Assembly: GCF_009914755.1 (NCBI RefSeq)
Contig: NC_060925.1
Strand: one strand, 5' to 3'
Origin: the human T2T-CHM13v2.0 reference genome, Homo sapiens
Length of the DNA stretch: 64,000 nucleotides
Shown here: piece by piece, positions 28,001 through 43,000 of the stretch
How positions within the stretch are numbered: position 1 is the stretch's first letter
Layout: every line of letters begins with the position of its first letter
Notes under the pieces: model-generated
Databases searched by the model: none
Told to the model about the DNA's origin: nothing
The model's input: only the letters and a program-made list of their open reading frames with translations
Made by a program: the position numbers and the translations under genes

Positions 28001-31000
28001 TGGACTGGAATGGAATCATTGAATGGACTCGAAAGGGATCATGATTGAATGGAATTGAATGGAATCATCGAATGGTCTCGATTGGAATCATTATCAAATG
28101 GAATCGAATGGAATCACCGAATATAATCGAATGGAACAATCATCGAATGGACTCAAATGGAATTATTCTCAAATGGAATCGAATGGAATTATCGAATGCA
28201 ATCGAATGGAATTATCGAATGCAATCGAATAGAATCATCGAATGGACTCGAATGGAATCATCGAATGGAATGGAATGGAACAGTCAATGAACTCGAATGG
28301 AATCATCATTGAATGGAATCGAATGGAATCATCGAGTGGAATCGAATGGAATTATGATCAAATGCAATCGAATGTAATCCTCATCAAATGGAATCAAAAA
28401 TAACCATCATCAATTGGTATTGAATGGAATTGTCATCAAATGGAATTCAAAGGAATCATCATCAAATGGAACCGAATGGAATCCTCATTGAATGGAAATG
28501 AAAGGGGTCATCATCTAATGGAATCGCATGGAATCATCATCAAATGGAATCGAATGGAATCATCATCAAATGGAATCTAATGGAATCATTGAACAGAATT
28601 GAATGGAATCGTCATCGAATGAATTGAATGCAATCATCGAATGGTCTCGAATGGAATCATCTTCTAATGGAAAGGAATGGAATCATCGCATAGAATCGAA
28701 TGGAATTATCATCGAATGGAATCGAATGGTATCAACACCAAACGGAAAAAAACGGAATTATCGAATGGAATCGAAGAGAATCTTCGAACGGACCCGAATG
28801 GAATCATCTAATGGAATGGAATGGAATAATCCATGGACCCGAATGCAATCATCATCGAATGGAATCGAATGGAATCATCGAATGGACTCGAATGGAATAA
28901 TCATTGAATGGAATCGAATGGAATCATCATCGGATGGAAACGAATGGAATCATCATCGAATGGAAATGAAAGGAGTCATCATCTAATGGAATTGCATGGA
29001 ATCATCATAAAATGGAATCGAATGGAATCAACATCAAATGGAATCAAATGGAATCATTGAACGGAATTGAATGGAATCGTCATCGAATGAATTGACTACA
29101 ATCACCGAATGGTCTCGAATGGAATCATCTTCAAATGGAATGGAATGGAATCATCGCATAGAATCGAATGGAATTATCATCGAATGGAATCGAATGGAAT
29201 CAACATCAAACGGAAAAAAACAGAATTATCGTATGGAATCGAAGAGAATCATCGAATGGACCCGAATGGAATCATCTAATGGAATGGAATGGAATAATCC
29301 ATGGACTCGAATGCAATCATCATCGAATGGAATCGAATGGAATCATCGAATGGACTCGAATGGAATAATCATTGAACGGAATCGAATGGAATCATCATCG
29401 GATGGAAATGAATGGAATCATCATCGAATGGAATCGAATAGAATTATGGAATGAAATCCAGTGTGATCATCATCGAATGGACCCGAATGGAATCATCATC
29501 CAACGGAAGCTAATGGAATCAACATCGAATGAATCGAATGGAAACACCATCGAATTGAACCGAATGGAATTATCATGAAATTGAAATGGATGGACTCATC
29601 ATCGAATGGATTCGAATGGAATCATCGAATAAAATTGATTGAAATCATCATCGAATGGAATCGAATGGTATCATTGAATGGAATCGAATGGAATCATCAT
29701 CAGATGGAAATGAATGGAATCGTCATAGAATGGAATCGAATGGATTCATTGAATGGAATCAGATGGAATCATCGAATGGACTGGAATGGAATCATTGAAT
29801 GGACTCGAAAGGGATCATTATTGAATGGAATTGAATGGAATCATCGAATGGTCTCGATTGGAATCATTATCAAATGGAATCGAATGGAATCACCGAATAG
29901 AATCGAATGGAACAATCATCGAATGGACTCAAATGGAATTATCCTCAAATGGAATGGAATGGAATTATCGAATGCAATCGAATGGAATTATCGAATGCAA
30001 TCGAATAGAATCATCGAATGGACTCGAATGGAATCATCGAATGGAATGGAATGGAACAGTCAATGAACTCGAATGGAATCATCATTGAATGGAATCGAAT
30101 GGAATCATCGAGTGGAATCGAATGGAATTATGATCAAATGGAATCGAATGTAATCATCATCAAATGGAATCAAAAATAACCATCATCAATTGGTATTGAA
30201 TGGAATTGTCATCAAATGGAATTCAAAGGAATCATCATCAAATGGAACCGAATGGAATCCTCATTGAATGGAAATGAAAGGGGTCATCATCTAATGGAAT
30301 CGCATGGAATCATCATCAAATGGAATCGAATGGAATCATCATCAAGTGGAATCTAATGGAATCATTGAACAGAATTGAATGGAATGGTCATCGAATGAAT
30401 TGAATGCAATCATCGAATGGTCTCGAATGGAATCATCTTCTAATGGAAAGGAATGGAATCATCGCATAGAATCGATTGGAATTATCATCGAATGGAATCG
30501 AATGGTATCAACACCAAACGGAAAAAAACGGAATTATCGAATGGAATCGAAGAGAATCTTCGAACGGACCCGAATGGAATCATCTAATGGAATGGAATGG
30601 AATAATCCATGGACTCGAATGCAATCATCATCGAATGGAATCGAATGGAATCATCGAATGGACTCGAATGGAATAATCATTGAACGGAATCGAATGGAAT
30701 CATCATCGGATGGAAACGAATGGAATCATCATCGAATGGAAATGAAAGGAGTCATCATCTAATGGAATTGCATGGAATCATCATAAAATGGAATCGAATG
30801 GAATCAACATCAAATGGAATCAAATGGAATCATTGAACGGAATTGAATGGAATCGTCATCGAATGAATTGACTGCAATCATCGAATGGTCTCGGAATCAT
30901 CTTCAAATGGAATGGAATGGAATCATCGCATAGAATCGAATGGAATTATCATCGAATGGAATCGAATGGAATCAACATCAAACGGAAAAAAACGGAATTA

Positions 31001-34000
31001 TCGAATGGAATCGAAGAGAATCATCGAATGGACCCGAATGGAATCATCTAATGGAATGGAATGGAATAATCCATGGACTCGAATGCAATCATCATCGAAT
31101 GGAATCGAATGGAATCATCGAATGGACTCGAATGGAATAATCATTGAACGGAATCGAATGGAATCATCATCGGATGGAAATGAATGGAATCATCATCGAA
31201 TGGAATCGAATAGAATTATGGAATGAAATCCAGTGTGATCATCATCGAATGGACCCGAATGGAATCATCATCCAACGGAAGCTAATGGAATCAACATCGA
31301 ATGAATCGAATGGAAACACCATCGAATTGAAACGAATGGAATTATCATGAAATTGAAATGGATGGACTCATCATCGAATGGATTCGAATGGAATCATCGA
31401 ATAAAATTGATTGAAATCATCATCGAATGGAATCGAATGGTATCATTGAATGGAATCGAATGGAATCATCATCAGATGGAAATGAATGGAATCGTCATAG
31501 AATGGAATCGAATGGATTCATTGAATGGAATCAGATGGAATCATCGAATGGACTGGAATGGAATCATTGAATGGACTCGAAAGGGATCATGATTGAATGG
31601 AATTGAATGGAATCATCGAATGGTCTCGATTGGAATCATTATCAAATGGAATCGAATGGAATCACCGAATAGAATCGAATGGAACAATCATCGAATGGAC
31701 TCAAATGGAATTATCCTCAAATGGAATCGAATGGAATTATCGAATGCAATCGAATGGAATTATCGAATGCAATCGAATAGAATCATCGAATGGACTCGAA
31801 TGGAATCATCGAATGGAATGGAATGGAACAGTCAATGAACACGAATGGAATCATCATTGAATGGAATCGAATGGAATCATCGAGTGGAATCGAATGGAAT
31901 TATGATCAAATGGAATCGAATGTAATCATCATCAAATGGAATCAAAAATAACCATCATCAATTGGTATTGAATGGAATTGTCATCAAATGGAATTCAAAG
32001 GAATCATCATCAAATGGAACCGAATGGAATCCTCATTGAATGGAAATGAAAGGGGTCATCATCTAATGGAATCGCGTGGAATCATCACCAAATGGAATCG
32101 AATGGAATCATCATCAAATGGAATCTAATGGAATCATTGAACAGAATTGAATGGAATCGTCATCAAATGAATTGAATGCAATCATCGAATGGTCTCGAAT
32201 GGAATCATCTTCTAATGGAAAGGAATGGAATCATCGCATAGAATCGAATGGAATTATCATCGAATGGAATCGAATGGTATCAACACCAAACGGAAAAAAA
32301 CGGAATTATCGAATGGAATCGAAGAGAATCTTCGAACGGACCCGAATGGAATCATCTAATGGAATGGAATGGAATAATCCATGGACTCGAATGCAATCAT
32401 CATCGAATGGAATCGAATGGAATCATCGAATGGACTCGAATGGAATAATCATTGAACGGAATCGAATGGAATCATCATCGGATGGAAACGAATGGAATCA
32501 TCATCGAATGGAAATGAAAGGAGTCATCATCTAATGCAATTGCATGGAATCATCATCAAATGGAATCGAATGGAATCAACATCAAATGGAATCTAATGGA
32601 ATCATTGAACAGAATTGAATGGAATCGTCATCGAATGAATTGACTGCAATCATCGAATGGTCTCGAATGGAATCATCTTCAAATGGAATGGAATGGAATC
32701 ATCGCATAGAATCGAATGGAATTATCATCGAATGGAATCGAATGGAATCAACATCAAACGGAAAAAAACGGAATTATCGAATGGAATCGAAGAGAATCAT
32801 CGAATGGACCCGAATGGAATCATCTAATGGAATGGAATGGAATAATCCATGGACTCGAATGCAATCATCATCGAATGGAATCGAATGGAATCATCGAATG
32901 GACTCGAATGGAATAATCATTGAACGGAATCGAATGGAATCATCATCAGATGGAAATGAATGGAATCATCATCGAATGGAATCGAATAGAATTATGGAAT
33001 GAAATCCAGTGTGATCATCATCGAATGGACCCGAATGGAATCATCATCCAACGGAAGCTAATGGAATCAACATCGAATGAATCAAATGGAAACACCATCG
33101 AATTGAAACGAATGGAATTATCATGAAATTGAAATGGATGGACTCATCATCGAATGGATTCGAATGGAATCATCGAATAAAATTGATTGAAATCATCATC
33201 GAATGGAATCGAATGGTATCATTGAATGGAATCGAATGGAATCATCATCAGATGGAAATGAATGGAATCGTCATAGAATGGAATCGAATGGATTCATTGA
33301 ATGGAATCAGATGGAATCATCGAATGGACTGGAATGGAATCATTGAATGGACTCAAAAGGGATCATGATTGAATGGAATTGAATGGAATCATCGAATGGT
33401 CTCGATTGGAATCATTATCAAATGGAATCGAATGGAATCACCGAATAGAATCGAATGGAACAATCATCGAATGGACTCAAATGGAATTATCCTCAAATGG
33501 AATCGAATGGAATTATCGAATGCAATCGAATGGAATTATCGAATGCAATCGAATAGAATGATCGAATGGACTCGAATGGAATCATCGAATGGAATGCAAT
33601 GGAACAGTCAATGAACTCGAATGGAATCATCATTGAATGGAATCGAATGGAATCATCGATTGGAATCGAATGGAATTATGATCAAATGGAATCGAATGTA
33701 ATCCTCATCAAATGGAATCAAAAATAACCATCATCAATTGGTATTGAATGGAAATGTCATCAAATGGAATTCAAAGGAATCATCATCAAATGGAACCGAA
33801 TGGAATCCTCATTGAATGGAAATGAAAGGGGTCATCATCTAATGGAATCGCATGGAATCATCATCAAATGGAATCGAATGGAATCATCATCAAATGGAAT
33901 CTAATGGAATCATTGAACAGAATTGAATGGAATCGTCATCGAATGAATTGAATGCAATCATCGAATGGTCTCGAATGGAATCATCTTCTAATGGAAAGGA

Positions 34001-37000
34001 ATGGAATCATCGCATAGAATCGAATGGAATTATCATCGAATGGAATCGAATGGTATCAACACCAAACGGAAAAAAACGGAATTATCGAATGGAATCGAAG
34101 AGAATCTTCGAACGGACCCGAATGGAATCATCTAATGGAATGGAATGGAATAATCCATGGACTCGAATGCAATCATCATCGAATGGAATCGAATGGAATC
34201 ATCGAATGGACTCGAATGGAATAATCATTGAACGGAATCGAATGGAATCATCATCGGATTCAAACGAATGGAATCATCATCGAATGGAAATGAAAGGAGT
34301 CATCATCTAATGCAATTGCATGGAATCATCATCAAATGGAATCGAATGGAATCAACATCAAATGGAATCTAATGGAATCATTGAACAGAATTGAATGGAA
34401 TCGTCATCGAATGAATTGACTGCAATCATCGAATGGTCTCGAATGGAATCATCTTCAAATGGAATGGAATGGAATCATCGCATAGAATCGAATGGAATTA
34501 TCATCGAATGGAATCGAATGGAATCAACATCAAACGGAAAAAAACGGAATTATCGAATGGAATCGAAGAGAATCATCGAATGGACCCGAATGGAATCATC
34601 TAATGGAATGGAATGGAATAATCCATGGACTCGAATGCAATCATCATCGAATGGAATCGAATGGAATCATCGAATGGACTCGAATGGAATAATCATTGAA
34701 CGGAATCGAATGGAATCATCATCAGATGGAAATGAATGGAATCATCATCGAATGGAATCGAATAGAATTATGGAATGAAATCCAGTGTGATCATCATCGA
34801 ATGGACCCGAATGGAATCATCATCCAACGGAAGCTAATGGAATCAACATCGAATGAATCAAATGGAAACACCATCGAATTGAAACGAATGGAATTATCAT
34901 GAAATTGAAATGGATGGACTCATCATCGAATGGATTCGAATGGAATCATCGAATAAAATTGATTGAAATCATCATCGAATGGAATCGAATGGTATCATTG
35001 AATGGAATCGAATGGAATCATCATCAGATGGAAATGAATGGAATCGTCATAGAATGGAATCGAATGGATTCATTGAATGGAATCAGATGGAATCATCGAA
35101 TGGACTGGAATGGAATCATTGAATGGACTCAAAAGGGATCATGATTGAATGGAATTGAATGGAATCATCGAATGGTCTCGATTGGAATCATTATCAAATG
35201 GAATCGAATGGAATCACCGAATAGAATCGAATGGAACAATCATCGAATGGACTCAAATGGAATTATCCTCAAATGGAATCGAATGGAATTATCGAATGCA
35301 ATCGAATGGAATTATCGAATGCAATCGAATAGAATGATCGAATGGACTCGAATGGAATCATCGAATGGAATGCAATGGAACAGTCAATGAACTCGAATGG
35401 AATCATCATTGAATGGAATCGAATGGAATCATCGATTGGAATCGAATGGAATTATGATCAAATGGAATCGAATGTAATCCTCATCAAATGGAATCAAAAA
35501 TAAACATCATCAATTGGTATTGAATGGAATTGTCATCAAATGGAATTCAAAGGAATCATCATCAAATGGAACCGAATGGAATCCTCATTGAATGGAAATG
35601 AAAGGGGTCATCATCTAATGGAATCGCATGGAATCATCATCAAATGGAATCGAATGGAATCATCATCAAATGGAATCTAATGGAATCATTGAACAGAATT
35701 GAATGGAATCGTCATCGAATGAATTGAATGCAATCATCGAATGGTCTCGAATGGAATCATCTTCTAATGGAAAGGAATGGAATCATCGCATAGAATCGAA
35801 TGGAATTATCATCGAATGGAATCGAATGGTATCAACACCAAACGGAAAAAAACGGAATTATCGAATGGAATCGAAGAGAATCTTCGAACGGACCCGAATG
35901 GAATCATCTAATGGAATGGAATGGAATAATCCATGGACTCGAATGCAATCATCATCGAATGGAATCGAATGGAATCATCGAATGGACTCGAATGGAATAA
36001 TCATTGAACGGAATCGAATGGAATCATCATCGGATGGAAACGATTGGAATCATCATCGAATGGAAATGAAAGGAGTCATCATCTAATGGAATTGCATGGA
36101 ATCATCATAAAATGGAATCGAATGGAATCAACATCAAATGGAATCAAATGGAATCATTGAACGGAATTGAATGGAATCGTCATCGAATGAATTGACTGCA
36201 ATCATCCAATGGTCTCGAATGGAATCATCTTCAAATGGAATGGAATGGAATCATCGCATAGAATCGAATGGAATTATCATCGAATGGAATCGAATGGAAT
36301 CAACATCCAACGGAAAAAAACGGAATTATCGAATGGAATCGAAGAGAATCATCGAATGGACCCGAATGGAATCATCTAATGGAATGGAATGGAATAATCC
36401 ATGGACTCGAATGCAATCATCATCGAATGGAATCGAATGGAATCATCGAATGGACTCGAATGGAATAATCATTGAACGGAATCGAATGGAATCATCATCG
36501 GATGGAAATGAATGGAATCATCATCGAATGGAATCGAATAGAATTATGGAATGAAATCCAGTGTGATCATCATCGAATGGACCCGAATGGAATCATCATC
36601 CAACGGAAGCTAATGGAATCAACATCGAATGAATCGAATGGAAACACCATCGAATTGAAACGAATGGAATTATCATGAAATTGAAATGGATGGACTCATC
36701 ATCGAATGGATTCGAATGGAATCATCGAATAAAATTGATTGAAATCATCATCGAATGGAATCGAATGGTATCATTGAATGGAATCGAATGGAATCATCAT
36801 CAGATGGAAATGAATGGAATCGTCATAGAATGGAATCGAATGGATTCATTGAATGGAATCAGATGGAATCATCGAATGGACTGGAATGGAATCATTGAAT
36901 GGACTCGAAAGGGATCATGATTGAATGGAATTGAATGGAATCATCGAATGGTCTCGATTGGAATCATTATCAAATGGAATCGAATGGAATCACCGAATAG

Positions 37001-40000
37001 AATCGAATGGAACAATCATCGAATGGACTCAAATGGAATTATCCTCCAATGGAATGGAATGGAATTATCGAATGCAATCGAATGGAATTATCGAATGCAA
37101 TCGAATAGAATCATCGAATGGACTCGAATGGAATCATCGAATGGAATGGAATGGAACAGTCAATGAACACGAATGGAATCATCATTGAATGGAATCGAAT
37201 GGAATCATCGAGTGGAATCGAATGGAATTATGATCAAATGGAATCGAATGTAATCATCATCAAATGGAATCAAAAATAACCATCATCAATTGGTATTGAA
37301 TGGAATTGTCATCAAATGGAATTCAAAGGAATCATCATCAAATGGAACCGAATGGAATCCTCATTGAATGGAAATGAAAGGGGTCATCATCTAATGGAAT
37401 CGCATGCAATCATCACCAAATGGAATCGAATGGAATCATCATCATATGGAATCTAATGGAATCATTGAACAGAATTGAATGGAATCGTCATCAAATGAAT
37501 TGAATGCAATCATCGAATGGTCTCGAATGGAATCATCTTCTAATGGAAAGGAATGGAATCATCGCATAGAATCGAATGGAATTATCATCGAATGGAATCG
37601 AATGGTATCAACACCAAACGGAAAAAAACGGAATTATCGAATGGAATCGAAGAGAATCTTCGAACGGACCCGAATGGAATCATCTAATGGAATGGAATGG
37701 AATAATCCATGGACTCGAATGCAATCATCATCGAATGGAATCGAATGGAATCATCGAATGGACTCGAATGGAATAATCATTGAACGGAATCGAATGGAAT
37801 CATCATCGGATGGAAACGAATGGAATCATCATCGAATGGAAATGAAAGGAGTCATCATCTAATGCAATTGCATGGAATCATCATCAAATGGAATCGAATG
37901 GAATCAACATCAAATGGAATCTAATGGAATCATTGAACAGAATTGAATGGAATCGTCATCGAATGAATTGACTGCAATCATCGAATGGTCTCGAATGGAA
38001 TCATCTTCAAATGGAATGGAATGGAATCATCGCATAGAATCGAATGGAATTATCATCGAATGGAATCGAATGGAATCAACATCAAACGGAAAAAAACGGA
38101 ATTATCGAATGGAATCGAAGAGAATCATCGAATGGACCCGAATGGAATCATCTAATGGAATGGAATGGAATAATCCATGGACTCGAATGCAATCATCATC
38201 GAATGGAATCGAATGGAATCATCGAATGGACTCGAATGGAATAATCATTGAACGGAATCGAATGGAATCATCATCAGATGGAAATGAATGGAATCATCAT
38301 CGAATGGAATCGAATAGAATTATGGAATGAAATCCAGTGTGATCATCATCGAATGGACCCGAATGGAATCATCATCCAACGGAAGCTAATGGAATCAACA
38401 TCGAATGAATCAAATGGAAACACCATCGAATTGAAACGAATGGAATTATCATGAAATTGAAATGGATGGACTCATCATCGAATGGATTCGAATGGAATCA
38501 TCGAATAAAATTGATTGAAATCATCATCGAATGGAATCGAATGGTATCATTGAATGGAATCGAATGGAATCATCATCAGATGGAAATGAATGGAATCGTC
38601 ATAGAATGGAATCGAATGGATTCATTGAATGGAATCAGATGGAATCATCGAATGGACTGGAATGGAATCATTGAATGGACTCAAAAGGGATCATGATTGA
38701 ATGGAATTGAATGGAATCATCGAATGGTCTCGATTGGAATCATTATCAAATGGAATCGAATGGAATCACCGAATAGAATCGAATGGAACAATCATCGAAT
38801 GGACTCAAATGGAATTATCCTCAAATGGAATCGAATGGAATTATCGAATGCAATCGAATGGAATTATCGAATGCAATCGAATAGAATCATCGAATGGACT
38901 CGAATGGAATCATCGAATGGAATGCAATGGAACAGTCAATGAACTCAAATGGAATCATCATTGAATGGAATCGAATGGAATCATCGATTGGAATCGAATG
39001 GAATTATGATCAAATGGAATCGAATGTAATCCTCATCAAATGGAATCAAAAATAACCATCATCAATTGGTATTGAATGGAATTGTCATCAAATGGAATTC
39101 AAAGGAATCATCATCAAATGGAACCGAATGGAATCCTCATTGAATGGAAATGAAAGGGGTCATCATCTAATGGAATCGCATGGAATCATCATCAAATGGA
39201 ATCGAATGGAATCATCATCAAATGGAATCTAATGGAATCATTGAACAGAATTGAATGGAATCGTCATCGAATGAATTGAATGCAATCATCGAATGGTCTC
39301 GAATGGAATCATCTTCTAATGGAAAGGAATGGAATCATCGCATAGAATCGAATGGAATTATCATCGAATGGAATCGAATGGTATCAACACCAAACGGAAA
39401 TAAACGGAATTATCGAATGGAATCGAAGAGAATCTTCGAACGGACCCGAATGGAATCATCTAATGGAATGGAATGGAATAATCCATGGACTCGAATGCAA
39501 TCATCATCGAATGGAATCGAATGGAATCATCGAATGGACTCGAATGGAATAATCATTGAACGGAATCGAATGGAATCATCATCGGATGGAAACGAATGGA
39601 ATCATCATCGAATGGAAATGAAAGGAGTCATCATCTAATGGAATTGCATGGAATCATCATAAAATGGAATCGAATGGAATCAACATCAAATGGAATCAAA
39701 TGGAATCATTGAACGGAATTGAATGGAATCGTCATCGAATGAATTGACTGCAATCATCCAATGGTCTCGAATGGAATCATCTTCAAATGGAATGGAATGG
39801 AATCATCGCATAGAATCGAATGGAATTATCATCGAATGGAATCGAATGGAATCAACATCAAACGGAAAAAAACGGAATTATCGAATGGAATCGAAGAGAA
39901 TCATCGAATGGACCCGAATGGAATCATCTAATGGAATGGAATGGAATAATCCATGGACTCGAATGCAATCATCATCGAATGGAATCGAATGGAATCATCG

Positions 40001-43000
40001 AATGGACTCGAATGGAATAATCATTGAACGGAATCGAATGGAATCATCATCGGATGGAAATGAATGGAATCATCATCGAATGGAATCGAATAGAATTATG
40101 GAATGAAATCCAGTGTGATCATCATCGAATGGACCCGAATGGAATCATCATCCAACGGAAGCTAATGGAATCAACATCGAATGAATCAAATGGAAACACC
40201 ATCGAATTGAAACGAATGGAATTATCATGAAATTGAAATGGATGGACTCATCATCGAATGGATTCGAATGGAATCATGGAATAAAATTGATGGAAATCAT
40301 CATCCAATGGAATCGAATGGTATCATTGAATGGAATCGAATGGAATCATCATCAGATGGAAATGAATGGAATCGTCATAGAATGGAATCGAATGGATTCA
40401 TTGAATGGAATCAGATGGAATCATCGAATGGACTGGAATGGAATCATTGAATGGACTCGAAAGGGATCATGATTGAATGGAATTGAATGGAATCATCGAA
40501 TGGTCTCGATTGGAATCATTATCAAATGGAATCGAATGGAATCACCGAATAGAATCGAATGGAACAATCATCGAATGGACTCAAATGGAATTATCCTCCA
40601 ATTGAATGGAATGGAATTATCGAATGCAATCGAATGGAATTATCGAATGCAACCGAATAGAATCATCGAATGGACTCGAATGGAATCATCGAATGGAATG
40701 GAATGGAACAGTCAATGAACTCGAATGGAATCATCATTGAATGGAATCGAATGGAATCATCGAGTGGAATCGAATGGAATTATGATCAAATGGAATCGAA
40801 TGTAATCATCATCAAATGGAATCAAAAATAACCATCATCAATTGGTATTGAATGGAATTGTCATCAAATGGAATTCAAAGGAATCATCATCAAATGGAAC
40901 CGAATGGAATCCTCATTGAATGGAAATGAAAGGGGTCATCATCTAATGGAATCGCATGGAATCATCATCAAATGGAATCGAATGGAATCATCATCAAATG
41001 GAATCTAATGGAATCATTGAACAGAATTGAATGGAATCGTCATCGAATGAATTGAATGCAATCATCGAATGGTCTCGAATGGAATCATCTTCTAATGGAA
41101 AGGAATGGAATCATCGCATAGAATCGAATGGAATTATCATCGAATGGAATCAAATGGTATCAACACCAAACGGAAAAAAACGGAATTATCGAATGGAATC
41201 GAAGAGAATCTTCGAACGGACCCGAATGGAATCATCTAATGGAATGGAATGGAATAATCCATGGACTCGAATGCAATCATCATCGAATGGAATCGAATGG
41301 AATCATCGAATGGACTCGAATGGAATAATCATTGAACGGAATCGATTGGAATCATCATCGGATGGAAACGAATGGAATCATCATCGAATGGAAATGAAAG
41401 GAGTCATCATCTAATGGAATTGCATGGAATCATCATAAAATGGAATCGAATGGAATCAACATCAAATGGAATCAAATGGAATCATTGAACGGAATTGAAT
41501 GGAATCGTCATCGAATGAATTGACTGCAATCATCCAATGGTCTCGAATGGAATCATCTTCAAATGGAATGGAATGGAATCATCGCATAGAATCGAATGGA
41601 ATTATCATCGAATGGAATCGAATGGAATCAACATCCAACGGAAAAAAACGGAATTATCGAATGGAATCGAAGAGAATCATCGAATGGACCCGAATGGAAT
41701 CATCTAATGGAATGGAATGGAATAATCCATGGACTCGAATGCAATCATCATCGAATGGAATCGAATGGAATCATCGAATGGACTCGAATGGAATAATCAT
41801 TGAACGGAATCGAATGGAATCATCATCGGATGGAAATGAATGGAATCATCATCGAATGGAATCGAATAGAATTATGGAATGAAATCCAGTGTGATCATCA
41901 TCGAATGGACCCGAATGGAATCATCATCCAACGGAAGCTAATGGAATCAACATCGAATGAATCAAATGGAAACACCATCGAATTGAAACGAAAGGAATTA
42001 CCATGAAATTGAAATGGATGGACTCATCATCGAATGGATTCGAATGGAATCATCGAATAAAATTGATTGAAATCATCATCGAATGGAATCGAATGGTATC
42101 ATTGAATGGAATCGAATGCAATCATCATCAGATGGAAATGAATGGAATCGTCATAGAATGGAATCGAATGGATTCATTGAATGGAATCAGATGGAATCAT
42201 CGAATGGACTGGAATGGAATCATTGAATGGACTCGAAAGGGATCATTATTGAATGGAATTGAATGGAATCATCGAATGGTCTCGATTGGAATCATTATCA
42301 AATGGAATCGAATGGAATCACCGAATAGAATCGAATGGAACAATCATCGAATGGACACAAATGGAATTATCCTCAAATGGAATCGAATGGAATTATCGAA
42401 TGCAATCGAATGGAATTATCGAATGCAATCGAATAGAATCATCGAATGGACTCGAATGGAATCATCGAATGGAATGCAATGGAACAGTCAATGAACTCGA
42501 ATGGAATCATCATTGAATGGAATCGAATGGAATCATCGAGTGGAATCGAAAGGAATTATGACCAAATGGAATCGAATGTAATCATCATCAAATGGAATCA
42601 AAAATAACCATCATCAATTGGTATTGAATGGAATTGTCATGAAATGGAATTCAAAGGAATCATCATCAAATGGAACCGAATGGAATCCTCATTGAATGGA
42701 AATGAAAGGGGTCATCATCTAATGGAATCGCATGGAATCATCATCAAATGGAATCGAATGGAATCATCATCAAATGGAATCTAATGGAATCATTGAAAAG
42801 AATTGAATGGAATCGTCATCGAATGAATTGAATGCAATCATCGAATGGTCTCGAATGGAATCATCTTCAAATGGAATGGAATGGAATCATCGCATAGAAT
42901 CGAATGGAATTATCATCGAATGGAATCGAATGGAATCAACATCTAACGGAAAAAAACGGAATTATCGAATGGAATCGAAGAGAATCATCGAATGGACCCG

